This document shows positions 7,354 through 16,942 of a DNA stretch of 64,000 nt, piece after piece. The number at the start of each line of letters is the position of its first letter. Positions within the stretch are counted from its first letter, which is position 1. Under the pieces are notes generated by a model. That model had not been told where the DNA came from, searched no databases, and was given only the letters and a program-made list of their open reading frames with translations. The translations under genes and the position numbers were made by a program. This stretch comes from an uncultured delta proteobacterium (lineage in GTDB: Bacteria > Desulfobacterota > Syntrophia > Syntrophales > Smithellaceae), in assembly GCA_963851005.1 (NCBI GenBank), contig CAWKNI010000002.1, positions 76,253 to 140,252 of the forward strand, written 5' to 3'.

Positions 7354-10332
7354 TTATTTCAGCTTAAAATTCACGCGGCTGTCTTTAACTTTTTCTTTCT
7401 TTTCCGGGGAAAGTGTTTTTGGTTCCACAATAAATACGCGGCCGGCATCGATATTGCCGGGTTGGAGGATCAGTTCTTTGACGTTTTGCGCGCGTCGGGC
7501 GGCTAACTGCCGCAGGTCGCTGTCAGTTACTTCGATGCTGTTCAGCAGCAATTTTTCCATCTCCGCCGTCGGAAGTGTTTTGGCGATGCCCAAAATATTA
7601 CGCGGCTTGGCGAATTTTCCTGCATCATAAACTTGCTTCAGATATTTTTCATATTCCGGAGTCGTCAGTTGAATTTGCTCCAGAGCAACCTGCTCGCCGC
7701 CTTTCGATAATATTTCTTTAAGTTTCTGCGCTTTGATCCTGCGGTTTAATTCCTCTTTTTTCGAACCCGCCTTATCGTTTACAGGATCAACATATCCTTC
7801 AATGTCCAGTTTCAGAGTCGGCCGGTCATAAAGGGCTTTTGCGATGGCCGTTATTTTTTTGCGGCTTTCATCTGTGACCACGGTGTTCCCATAATCAAAT
7901 TCAATGAAGCTCAATTCTTCACCGCCGCCGGTAAGAGAAGAGAGCAGCGCGAAGGGCGATGTGACGGCTTTAGTGATGAGGTTTACAAGTACCTGCCAGA
8001 TGATCGGCCATACTTTGAATTTGGGGTCATCGAGGCTACCTGATACGGGAACATCCAGATTGATCTGTCCGTTGCGGTCGGTTAAAAGAGACACAGCCAG
8101 CGTCACCGGCGCTTTAATTGCATCAGGACTTTCAACTTTATCTCCAAAGGTAAGTTGGTCGATAGTCACTTTATTCTGCGAGTCGAGCTTTCTTTTATCC
8201 ACCAGATAGGCCACATCGAAAGTAAGTTTTCCCTTGGTAATAGGATAACCAAGATACTTGTTCGTATATGGTGTTACCGGACTCAGCTCAATATCTTTAA
8301 AACTGATTTTAATATCGGCGAAAAAATCTTTGGCCAGCGGATTAATTTTTCCCGCAATGTCTATAGGCGATCCTTGTCCCAGGTTGCCCTTCAGGGCGAC
8401 GTCAGCGCGTGTCATGTCCTGAGAAGAAAGGCCGGTGATACTGCCGTTCAAGTTGAGCATGTTTGCCGCGTAGTTAGGTTTGATATTATTGTCACGGAAA
8501 TCAATGTTGCCGCCGCGAAATATTATTTTGCCTATTTTAATATCCGCGGGTTTTTCCGAAGGCTTTGCCTCTTGTTTCTTTTCCGCGGATTTTGCGGAAG
8601 CATCATTTTTCTCCGGCTCTTTTTTGCCCTCATCGTTGAATATGTCCTGAATGTTAGTTGTCTTGTTGGGATTAATGATGATACGCGAATAAAAGTCATC
8701 AAGAGAAATAGTCTTAATATGCAGGAAAAAAGGGTTATAGCCTGCTTGAATCTGATCGAAAGAAAGCGCTTTCCATTTCAAGAAATCATTGGATTGGGCT
8801 TTGTCAATAGTGGCAAGATTATTTACGGAAACTTTACCGGCATACTTAACAACCGGTTCTCCCTTGCTGCCAGTAGTTAGAGAGAAATTTCCCGCAGTCG
8901 AAACAGCGCCGCGTGTCACATCAATTTTAACTTTATCGGTAAAGTAGGACTGAAATGTCCGGATGCCGATATTTTTTACATTCAGCGCCAGATTGGCGTT
9001 AAATGGTTCCAGGCCTAACGGCCCTTGCGCAGATATTTCGCTTTTTTTATCCAGAGTGAGTGTAAGATCAATGTTTCCCCGAGTCTCTTTTTCCAGAGAA
9101 AGATTGACAGCCTTCAATTGCAGGGGCACGATATGAACATTAACCGGCTGATATGGTTTGGCGTCAATAAAAGTAATATCTGCTTTATCGATGATAAAAT
9201 TATCCAACCGGAATTTTAATTCATTTTTCTTTGTGGGAGTGGCAGAGGTTTCCCCGGCTACAGCCTTTTCTTTTTTATTTTGCTTCTTCACCAGATTAAG
9301 CAGATTGATTTCACCCTCTTTGTTGCGGCGGATGACTAATTCCGGTGATTGCACGGCAATCTCGGCAAGATGAATATTCGGTACGAGCGGTTCAACGGAT
9401 GTCATATTGACGCTCAAGGATGGCAGATTAATGATTTTATTATTCTGCAGATCGTTCAGAATTAGTTTTCTCAAAGTCGCGTTGCCTGACAACACAAGGG
9501 AAGGCGACTTGTCCTTATACATGACAAAATTAATTTTCATTTTCGTATCAAGGCGCGCGGAGTCAAGTTTAAAGTTCATTTTTACGGGAACGTATTTCAG
9601 ATAAAAAGGGATGTCTAAATCCTGGATATTCACGTCAAAGCTTGTGGCGCGCGATTCGAGGAAGGGCTGAGTTTTGCCTAAAAGCTCAAATTTATTATCG
9701 TTAATGATGGCGGAAAATTTCGGTTCGACGTATTCTTGAAGGTAGTATTCGATATTGGAAACAAAGGGGATAGAGAGATTCATCTCCCGCACGGTATGGT
9801 TGGTTTGATTGGGTTCATCGCTGAAATCAATTTTCCCATTGATAATTTGAATATTATTTAAAGAAAAAAGAAAAGGCTTCTCTTCCTTGACAGGCTTGGG
9901 TTTCACTTCGCCCTCACCCTTGGGGATAAGGTCGGTGAAGTTATATGAGCCATCTTTTTTGCGGGATATGCCCACGTAAGGGTTCTTGAGGCTGATTTTT
10001 TTCAGAATCAGCGCCCTGCGGTAAATTGAAGAAACAGCGTCGGCGTTCACATATAGTTCGTCAAACGCGACAAACGGTGATTTTCTGCCGGGATCTTCCA
10101 GCGAAAATCCTTTAATAGTTACGGAAAGCGCAAAAGGATTGATATTGATTTTATCGATAGATGTTTTTCTGTGCAGTATTTCTGAAATATTTTTAATGAT
10201 CAGTGGTTTGAGAACAGCGGGCGCAATAAAAAAACCGGCAACGCCAAAAATAACTAAAAAAACAACCAAACCGAAGAGAATCTTTTTGAGAGCGCGCATA
10301 ATGTCTCCTTTCTCGTTTTTACCACGGATCAA
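7354..10332 (-). CDS. Large envelope protein, AsmA-like/DUF748 family
   Basis: 992 aa with an N-terminal TM helix (ILFGLVVFLVIFGVAGFFIA) and a long beta-rich repetitive body typical of DUF748/AsmA-like proteins. Family call is by overall architecture only. Confidence 0.5.
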   Translation of the reverse strand: MIRGKNEKGDIMRALKKILFGLVVFLVIFGVAGFFIAPAVLKPLIIKNISEILHRKTSIDKININPFALSVTIKGFSLEDPGRKSPFVAFDELYVNADAVSSIYRRALILKKISLKNPYVGISRKKDGSYNFTDLIPKGEGEVKPKPVKEEKPFLFSLNNIQIINGKIDFSDEPNQTNHTVREMNLSIPFVSNIEYYLQEYVEPKFSAIINDNKFELLGKTQPFLESRATSFDVNIQDLDIPFYLKYVPVKMNFKLDSARLDTKMKINFVMYKDKSPSLVLSGNATLRKLILNDLQNNKIINLPSLSVNMTSVEPLVPNIHLAEIAVQSPELVIRRNKEGEINLLNLVKKQNKKEKAVAGETSATPTKKNELKFRLDNFIIDKADITFIDAKPYQPVNVHIVPLQLKAVNLSLEKETRGNIDLTLTLDKKSEISAQGPLGLEPFNANLALNVKNIGIRTFQSYFTDKVKIDVTRGAVSTAGNFSLTTGSKGEPVVKYAGKVSVNNLATIDKAQSNDFLKWKALSFDQIQAGYNPFFLHIKTISLDDFYSRIIINPNKTTNIQDIFNDEGKKEPEKNDASAKSAEKKQEAKPSEKPADIKIGKIIFRGGNIDFRDNNIKPNYAANMLNLNGSITGLSSQDMTRADVALKGNLGQGSPIDIAGKINPLAKDFFADIKISFKDIELSPVTPYTNKYLGYPITKGKLTFDVAYLVDKRKLDSQNKVTIDQLTFGDKVESPDAIKAPVTLAVSLLTDRNGQINLDVPVSGSLDDPKFKVWPIIWQVLVNLITKAVTSPFALLSSLTGGGEELSFIEFDYGNTVVTDESRKKITAIAKALYDRPTLKLDIEGYVDPVNDKAGSKKEELNRRIKAQKLKEILSKGGEQVALEQIQLTTPEYEKYLKQVYDAGKFAKPRNILGIAKTLPTAEMEKLLLNSIEVTDSDLRQLAARRAQNVKELILQPGNIDAGRVFIVEPKTLSPEKKEKVKDSRVNFKLK

Positions 10333-11965
10333 TGAAAGAATGACCTGCTTCCTGAGGGCGTTGGGCGGACACGGATTTTATGCCCTGCATAATCCACTTG
10401 CGGGTATCGGCTGGATCTATGACCGAATCGATTTCGAGGTATGAGGCTATATTGATGGCTTTTCCTCTTTCACGCAGTTGACCAAGCAATTGTTCGTATA
10501 ATTTCTCACGTTCCTGCGAATCTGCGATCGCCGCCAGCTCTTTTTTGAAACCGGCCTTGATTGCCCCTTCCAGCCCCATGGCGCCGAATTCTCCGGTTGG
10601 CCAGGCAGCCGTAAAGAAAGATTCATGGAAACCTCCCTTTGCCATAGCCATGGCGCCAAGGCCGTAACCTCTGCGTAAAACAACCGTAAAGTAAGGCACC
10701 GTCACATGCGAGCCATTGACAAACATTCGGCAGACGTGCCGCACCTGCGCGCGCTTTTCGATCTCCGGCCCGACCATGAATCCGGGCGTGTCGCACAAAG
10801 AGAGAATCGGCAAAACGTGCGCATTGCAAAGTTGCATCAACCGCACCGCCTTGTCCGCGCCTTCAGCTTCAATGGCTCCGGCCATGTGCATACAGTTATT
10901 GGCTATCACGCCGAAAGGCCTTCCTTCGATACGTATAAAGCCGGTGATGATACCGGGGCCGAATTTAGGCCGCAACTCAAGAAATGAATCCGTATCGGCC
11001 ATTGTTTTAATGACATTTCGCACGTTATAAGCGCGTTTGTTGTTTTCAGGAATCAGATCGCGCAGGCGAAGCTGGTCGGTGGCTTCCCACTTAGAAGTTA
11101 TTCCCTGAAAATAGGAAAGATATTTTCTGGCGACGGCAACCGCCTCCGTGTCATCGGCAACTTCAATATCGACCACGCCGTTTTGAGTTTGCACGTCTAT
11201 CGGGCCTATTTCCTCTGGTCTAAAATTACCAAGGCCGCCGCCTTCAATCATCACTGGCCCGCCCATTCCGATGTTGGAATTTTTCGTTGCAATAATCACA
11301 TCGCAGCAGCCAAGCAGAGCCGCGTTGCCTGCGAAGCAGGGCCCTGAAACAATGCCTATCAGCGGAACTCTGCCGCTTAATTTCGCGAATGAACCAAAAG
11401 TGGATAAATCCAGACCGGCCGTCATAATGCCGATGGCATCAACATCGCCCGGCCTTCCGCCGCCGCCTTCCGCGAAGAAAACCAGCGGAAGGTTCTGCTC
11501 GTAAGCGAGTTTCAGCATTCTGTCCATTTTTTTATGATTGAAATAACCCTGAGTTCCGGCTAAAACCGTATAATCATAGGCCATAACCATGCAGCGAGCT
11601 TTGTCTTCGCCAAAACGTGAGCCGTTTACTGATCCGATGCCCGCGATCAATCCGTCGGCAGGTGTTTTGCTGATAAGATCGTCCACTGACCGCCTTCCGC
11701 GCTGCGCGGCAATCGCCAGTGCGCCATATTCAATAAAAGAACCAGCGTCGCAGAGATCATCCACGTTTGCGCGAGCCGTTCGCTGGTTCTTTTGCTGGCG
11801 TTTAGCCACCGCTTCGGGACGATTTTCATCGAGGCCGAAAGAGTGCCGCTTAATCATCTCAACAAACTCGGGGCGTATAGGTTTTGTGTCTGTTTCTTTC
11901 TTAACGGAATAGGTGCTTTTTTGTTGAGCTTCTTCCTTGTCTTTTGATGTTTTCATGTGCCGCAA
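10319..11965 (-). CDS. Acyl-CoA carboxylase carboxyltransferase subunit (propionyl-/methylmalonyl-CoA type)
   Basis: Two crotonase-like carboxyltransferase halves (FFAEGGGGRPGD, GVIANN...GAI..EGADKA, LCDTPGFMVG). Its 3' end overlaps the start of the downstream gene by 14 nt. Confidence 0.85.
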   Translation of the reverse strand: MRHMKTSKDKEEAQQKSTYSVKKETDTKPIRPEFVEMIKRHSFGLDENRPEAVAKRQQKNQRTARANVDDLCDAGSFIEYGALAIAAQRGRRSVDDLISKTPADGLIAGIGSVNGSRFGEDKARCMVMAYDYTVLAGTQGYFNHKKMDRMLKLAYEQNLPLVFFAEGGGGRPGDVDAIGIMTAGLDLSTFGSFAKLSGRVPLIGIVSGPCFAGNAALLGCCDVIIATKNSNIGMGGPVMIEGGGLGNFRPEEIGPIDVQTQNGVVDIEVADDTEAVAVARKYLSYFQGITSKWEATDQLRLRDLIPENNKRAYNVRNVIKTMADTDSFLELRPKFGPGIITGFIRIEGRPFGVIANNCMHMAGAIEAEGADKAVRLMQLCNAHVLPILSLCDTPGFMVGPEIEKRAQVRHVCRMFVNGSHVTVPYFTVVLRRGYGLGAMAMAKGGFHESFFTAAWPTGEFGAMGLEGAIKAGFKKELAAIADSQEREKLYEQLLGQLRERGKAINIASYLEIDSVIDPADTRKWIMQGIKSVSAQRPQEAGHSFIDPW

Positions 11966-12090
11966 ATATCCTTATTTAGACTAGTCGTATTTCCGGTAAG
12001 TTTATACAACAATAATATGCGTATTTCAAGAAGTCCATGCTTTATGGCGGCAATATTATCGTTAATTTGAAAAGTAAATCATATCGGGAT

Positions 12091-12423
12091 TTATCCCCGG
12101 AAGAGCGCCTGCATTGGGGAAGGAATAATGTCTTAAATGATAATACGAACAAGTCATGTATCGTCAAAAATGTTTATAAATGATAATGAGCCAAGATGAG
12201 AGCAAACGAAGCGCAGCTCGAAGCGTAAGGCGAATTATCCCCGAAGCGCAGCGGAGCGGGATAGTGAACACCTTAAGAATTATCCCAAGCACGAAGTGCC
12301 GTGGGATAATGAGCACATAATGATTTGCTCGACGCGACGTGGGATTTGAAGCGCAGGCGGGAATCCAGCGCCCCTTTTGTCATTCCCCGGCTCGACCGGG
12401 GAATCCAGTTTATTTGTCATCCC
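12091..12423. repeat. Cluster of REP-like hairpin units
   Basis: The cluster contains TTATCCC-N16-GGGATA (12235-12263), TTATCCCA-N14-TGGGATAA (12280-12309), a partial unit ending GGGAATCCAG (12338-12368), and TGTCATTCCCCGG-CTCGA-CCGGGGAATCCAG (12378-12408). Confidence 0.8.
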
Positions 12424-12435
12424 TATTTGGAACAG

Positions 12436-12478
12436 TATCTTTGTAAATTGTAAGTGGTGGTGACAATATACAAAGATA
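12436..12478. repeat. Perfect 10-bp inverted repeat TATCTTTGTA-N23-TACAAAGATA
   Basis: Read directly from the sequence. It lies at the left edge of the AT-rich island, about 240 nt upstream of the operon. Confidence 0.7.
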
Positions 12479-12577
12479 AATTGACTAGCGTGTAAACTCG
12501 AACTTTATGGACATTCCGTATATGCGGACAAAGAAGCAATCTATCTTTTTAGACAGGCAAGTGTGAAAGGTTTTTTC

Positions 12578-12605
12578 TTGCATTGTTTATTTAAAGTTGT
12601 AATAT
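12578..12605 (+). promoter_or_regulatory. Candidate sigma70-type promoter for the island operon
   Basis: TTGCAT (12578-12583), 16-nt spacer, TAATAT (12600-12605), about 110 nt upstream of the ATG at 12717. By eye only. Confidence 0.35.
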
Positions 12606-12716
12606 TCTCAGCAATAAAGAAATTAAATGTCGATTGGAAGCCGGGAAACTTATTTTTAAGACGTGCCCGAGGCCACATTCAAAACTATAACTAATTATTT
12701 TTGAAGAGGTTGAATT

Positions 12717-14111
12717 ATGACTGGTAAAATATCAACTGATGAAACACGAAAAATAATAGAAGATTTTGCTAAAGAAATATCAAAAAAGAAAATATCTGGA
12801 GCTCACCCAGAGAACACAGTTATCGATTTTAGAAATGATCGTAGAGATGGGATAGAAAGAGATGTATTATATGTACCAATCGATATTTTGCGATTTAGAA
12901 AAGACAATGGTCGCATCGCTTCTGATGTGATGAGCTATGAAAAAATACATGGCATACTAAACGAATGTCATAAAGACACGCAAGAGATATTGCGTAAATT
13001 CTTAAAGGAAAAAGACGAAGAAAAGAATCAAACACTGAAAAATTCCATAAGACATTCAAAACAAATTGAACCTGCTATCATTACTTGTGATGGTTTTTTA
13101 ATTAATGGTAACCGAAGAAAAATGGTTATGGATGAATTATCCAACGATCATTCCATACCAAATAGAGACGAATTTGAAATGATGAAAGTAGTAATACTGC
13201 CAGGAGAAAATGATGAAGGCGGTACTCCTACTATTAAAGAAATTGAACGAATTGAAAACAAATATCAATTGCAGAGTGATGGTAAAGCAGAATATACGAA
13301 TTTTGATAGAGCAATAACAATACAGAGAAAAATTAAGGCAGGAATGTCTTTAGAAGAACAATTACGTGATGACCCCAATTATATTGCTCTTACTAAAAAA
13401 GAATTTGCTAGAGTTGTACAAAAATACCAAGATGAATTTTTAGGCCCACTTGAATGTATTGATAATTATCTTGAGCAATTAGGCAGACAAGGACTTTATG
13501 ACAATATTTCCGAAGGAAGAACAGATCGGGAAGGCAGATGGTATGCATTTATTGACTATTTTAAGGGAATTTATAAGCCATTAAGAAACGAAAAGACAAG
13601 AATCAACGACTTTCAAGCTGACGAAGATGAAGTAGGTGCAATAGAAGATGTCGCACACAAGATTATCAGAAAAAAGGATTTCCCTCATATAAAAACACAT
13701 GAAGTTATGAGGAAATATTCGAAGATATTGAAAGATAAAGATGCGAAAAAAGTTATAATGAAAATTAAAGATATATCACATGAACTTGATAGCAATGGAG
13801 ACGATGATTTTAAAACGACTGACAAGAAGTGGGGGCAAAAATACCATGAAGCAATAGTCGGCAAAGTTATGGAGGCTATAAGAATAGTGGATCATACGGA
13901 GGAGCTTGACGCGCCTGTCGATTTACTGAAACAAGCTCTTAAAAAACTCAAACATGAAAATATGAATCCTGATGGCATGGATATGTGTAAAGCTGAGGAA
14001 GCTTGGAAAATATGCAAGGAAATTCAGCAAAGGGCTCATGAATTAGAGAGCGAATTTTGGGAAAAAAGAGAGTCTCTTAAAAAACTAACGAATAAATATA
14101 AAAAACGATGA
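12717..14111 (+). CDS. ParB/sulfiredoxin-fold domain protein with a long helical C-terminal region
   Basis: VPIDILRFRKDNGRI and LKNSIRHSKQIEPAIITCDGFLINGNRRKMVM (ParB-type GxxR box). GAAGAGG RBS 7 nt before the ATG. The stop overlaps the next start (ATGA). Confidence 0.65.
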   Translation: MTGKISTDETRKIIEDFAKEISKKKISGAHPENTVIDFRNDRRDGIERDVLYVPIDILRFRKDNGRIASDVMSYEKIHGILNECHKDTQEILRKFLKEKDEEKNQTLKNSIRHSKQIEPAIITCDGFLINGNRRKMVMDELSNDHSIPNRDEFEMMKVVILPGENDEGGTPTIKEIERIENKYQLQSDGKAEYTNFDRAITIQRKIKAGMSLEEQLRDDPNYIALTKKEFARVVQKYQDEFLGPLECIDNYLEQLGRQGLYDNISEGRTDREGRWYAFIDYFKGIYKPLRNEKTRINDFQADEDEVGAIEDVAHKIIRKKDFPHIKTHEVMRKYSKILKDKDAKKVIMKIKDISHELDSNGDDDFKTTDKKWGQKYHEAIVGKVMEAIRIVDHTEELDAPVDLLKQALKKLKHENMNPDGMDMCKAEEAWKICKEIQQRAHELESEFWEKRESLKKLTNKYKKR

Positions 14112-15997
14112 TAATTGATTTACATAAAAACCAATTATGCATAAAAAATATTGCTCTTCAATCCTATCAAGTAAGTCAATTAAAGTTTTGGGAATTTAAG
14201 AGTACTGATGAAAATACTTTAGAGTATTCGGGTGAAGATGTAGAAAAAGTATTAGTTAAAGTTTTAAACTACTTTCAAAAAGAAAAAATAAATTTTGAAA
14301 TATCAGAAGACTGCTCAAAAATAATTAACGAAGTATTACTGAAGGAAAATGAATTTAAAAAAACAAAGAAATTAGGCTTGGACTTTAAAAATGGCATTTA
14401 TGATAAAAAATTATTCAGAGAGTTTTCTGAATTTCTAACAACTCATCTAGCAAGAAAATTAAAAAATCATCAACTAAAATCAGCATTCCATCTGTATTTA
14501 ATTCATAACGGAGCGAACTTTTCTGTGCCCGGCAGTGGAAAAACATCCGTTGTGTTAAGCGTTTATGAGAAATTAAAAGAAGAAGGCAAAGTTAATATTC
14601 TTTTTGTTGTTGGACCAGCCGCATGTTTCGGACCATGGAGAAATGAATTTTATGAAACGATAGGAAGAAAGGCAAATTATAAAATTTTGGCAGGAGGAAA
14701 TAAAAATATCCGAAAAGGAGAATATTATGCTAATAAAGAGACGAAAGCAGAATTATATCTAACAACATTCCAAACCTTAATTAATGACCAATCAGAAATA
14801 AATAAATTCTTTTCTCAGAAAGGAATAAATGCTTTTCTGGTAATTGATGAAGCACATTATATCAAACAATTAAATGGAAATTGGGCAAACGCTGTTTTAA
14901 ATATTTCAAAACATACAAAGTTTCGTTGCATATTAACTGGTACACCAATCCCCAATAGATTCAGTGATATCTATAATTTATTTGATTTCTTGTGGCCTGA
15001 GAATGAACCAATTGAGTCAAGCGCAAGAACCAAAATTGAATCACTAGAAAAGAACAATAAGATTGATGATGCAAAAGAAATTTTGGAAAATAAAGTTGGT
15101 TCGTTATTTTACAGAGTCAGGAAAAAGGACCTTGGTTTGACGAAACCAAATTTTCATGAACCAATTATTCTTTCTATGAATAAGTATGAACAAATAATTT
15201 ACAATGCTATTGATAAAAAAATCAGAAACTACGCGATGGAAGATTATTTAAAAAATATTGACTTCATCAATAAATTGAAAAGAGGAAGAATGATGCGATT
15301 GCGTCAAAGCGTTTCATATACAAGTCTCTTATATAAACCAATTGAAAATTACGATGAAGATATTCTTAAAGACGAAAAAGATTTAAGATATATTGTTAGA
15401 GACTACGATACACTTGAGAAACCATCGAAGTTTGAATATTTGGCTGAGAAAATAAAAGAATTACAGAAGAATAATGAAAAGGTTGTGGTATGGACAAATT
15501 TTGTGGGTACAATTGAAAAATTAAAAAAATTTATTACTCAAGACTTAGGTTTACATTGCAAAAGTATTTATGGGAAAACACCAATCGAACAAACAGCAAT
15601 ATTAGATGAATTGACAAGAGAACAAATAAGAGATGAGTTTGTAAATGAAAAAAGCGGATTGGATATCTTAATTGCAAACCCAGCGGCTTGTGCTGAGTCA
15701 ATATCGCTCCATAAAACTTGTCATAACGCTATTTATTATGATTTGAGTTACAACTGTGCACAATATCTTCAATCGCTAGACAGGATTCACAGAGTTGGAG
15801 GTTCTGAAACAGTTGAGGCAAACTATTACTTTCTTCAATACAAAAACGCTATTGACCAAGACATATTGCTTAGCCTGAGACGAAAAGCGAAAAAAATGTA
15901 TCAAATAATAGATAATGATTACGAGATATACTTATTAGATATGTTTGATGACGATGATGAGTTGAAAGCTTATGACAGATTATTTGGCAAAAAATGA
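14108..15997 (+). CDS. SNF2/Rad54-family ATPase (DNA translocase)
   Basis: Motif I VPGSGKT, II VIDEAHYIK, III LTGTPIPN, V ANPAACAESISL, VI QSLDRIHRVGG. ATGA overlaps at both ends. Confidence 0.9.
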   Translation: MIIDLHKNQLCIKNIALQSYQVSQLKFWEFKSTDENTLEYSGEDVEKVLVKVLNYFQKEKINFEISEDCSKIINEVLLKENEFKKTKKLGLDFKNGIYDKKLFREFSEFLTTHLARKLKNHQLKSAFHLYLIHNGANFSVPGSGKTSVVLSVYEKLKEEGKVNILFVVGPAACFGPWRNEFYETIGRKANYKILAGGNKNIRKGEYYANKETKAELYLTTFQTLINDQSEINKFFSQKGINAFLVIDEAHYIKQLNGNWANAVLNISKHTKFRCILTGTPIPNRFSDIYNLFDFLWPENEPIESSARTKIESLEKNNKIDDAKEILENKVGSLFYRVRKKDLGLTKPNFHEPIILSMNKYEQIIYNAIDKKIRNYAMEDYLKNIDFINKLKRGRMMRLRQSVSYTSLLYKPIENYDEDILKDEKDLRYIVRDYDTLEKPSKFEYLAEKIKELQKNNEKVVVWTNFVGTIEKLKKFITQDLGLHCKSIYGKTPIEQTAILDELTREQIRDEFVNEKSGLDILIANPAACAESISLHKTCHNAIYYDLSYNCAQYLQSLDRIHRVGGSETVEANYYFLQYKNAIDQDILLSLRRKAKKMYQIIDNDYEIYLLDMFDDDDELKAYDRLFGKK

Positions 15998-16938
15998 AAA
16001 ATCCATTTGAGAATATCAAGCTATCCCAATTATATTGTCTCTGTAAAATTATTGCAGAATCAGAGTTGAGAGATGAAAATTATATTAGAAGTAAATATCT
16101 AGACAGTGCTTTATTTTTTAACGAAACATCAACGCTTCTGGAAAAGCTAAATATTGTAAACATTAGTGCAGAGGGATTAAAATTTAACAAGAGCTTTGAT
16201 TTTGTAAATTCTTTTGAAGATTTTAAAAAAATATTATTGGAGAAATTATTTCAAGCTAAAGGAGAAGTTTCAAATCAATTAACTGATTTCCTATTGAACT
16301 TTAAGGTTGAATCCAATGACATAATATTCAATGCATCGCTAACGGACAAAATTAAATATAGTGATGCTAGAAATATTTTACTTGAATTAGAATTTATTTC
16401 TGTAAAACCAGATAATGATTCCTATATAATAAATAATAAATATAATGATATATTTTTTAAGAAAATTAATCATGGTGAAATGTCTCTTGAAGTATTTAGA
16501 AAAAACCAATGTGATCAGGATGAACTAGGCGTATCAGCAGAGCGAGCAATTATTGATTTTGAGATAAAACGTCTTACAAATATTTCGATAAATCCTGAAG
16601 ATATCGAACACACTTCTCAAAAAAATGTTTACGCAGGTTATGATATAAAAAGCTTTGAGAATTATTTTGATGATAATTTACTTAAAATCACAAGATACAT
16701 TGAAGTGAAAGCAGTTTCATTATCAGAGTATAATTTTTACTGGTCACGAAATGAAATAGAGAAAGCAAAAATATTTGGAGAAAGATACTATTTATATCTT
16801 ATACCGGTGAAAGTACAAAATATGTTTGATTTTGAAAATTTATTAATAATAAATAATCCTTTCAAAAATATTTATTTAAATCAAAGTGATTGGATAAAAC
16901 AAGAGGAAACTATTTCCCTGTGTAAAAGAGTTAAATGA
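15994..16938 (+). CDS. DUF3883-type PD-(D/E)xK nuclease-fold protein with an unassigned N-terminal domain
   Basis: The C-terminal third carries GVSAERAIIDFE, GYDIKSF, RYIEVKAV, FYWSRNEIEKA and YYLYLI, the DUF3883 pattern with D...E-x-K. Confidence 0.65.
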   Translation: MKNPFENIKLSQLYCLCKIIAESELRDENYIRSKYLDSALFFNETSTLLEKLNIVNISAEGLKFNKSFDFVNSFEDFKKILLEKLFQAKGEVSNQLTDFLLNFKVESNDIIFNASLTDKIKYSDARNILLELEFISVKPDNDSYIINNKYNDIFFKKINHGEMSLEVFRKNQCDQDELGVSAERAIIDFEIKRLTNISINPEDIEHTSQKNVYAGYDIKSFENYFDDNLLKITRYIEVKAVSLSEYNFYWSRNEIEKAKIFGERYYLYLIPVKVQNMFDFENLLIINNPFKNIYLNQSDWIKQEETISLCKRVK

Positions 16939-16942
16939 TTAT

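Noticed and set aside
8155-8880. Long antisense ORFs inside well-supported genes, for example 8155-8880(+) in the DUF748 gene, 20902-21462(+) in ftsK, 57350-57958(+) in mtaD, 448-891(-) in the thiolase gene and 42987-43391(+) in glyQ.
   Set aside because: These are shadow ORFs opposite genes with clear family motifs. Their translations are low-complexity or Arg/Ser-rich with no recognisable motif or RBS.
12091-12423. Repeat cluster considered as a small CRISPR array.
   Set aside because: The units are hairpins of different sequence and length with irregular spacing. There is no constant direct repeat, no spacer pattern and no cas genes.
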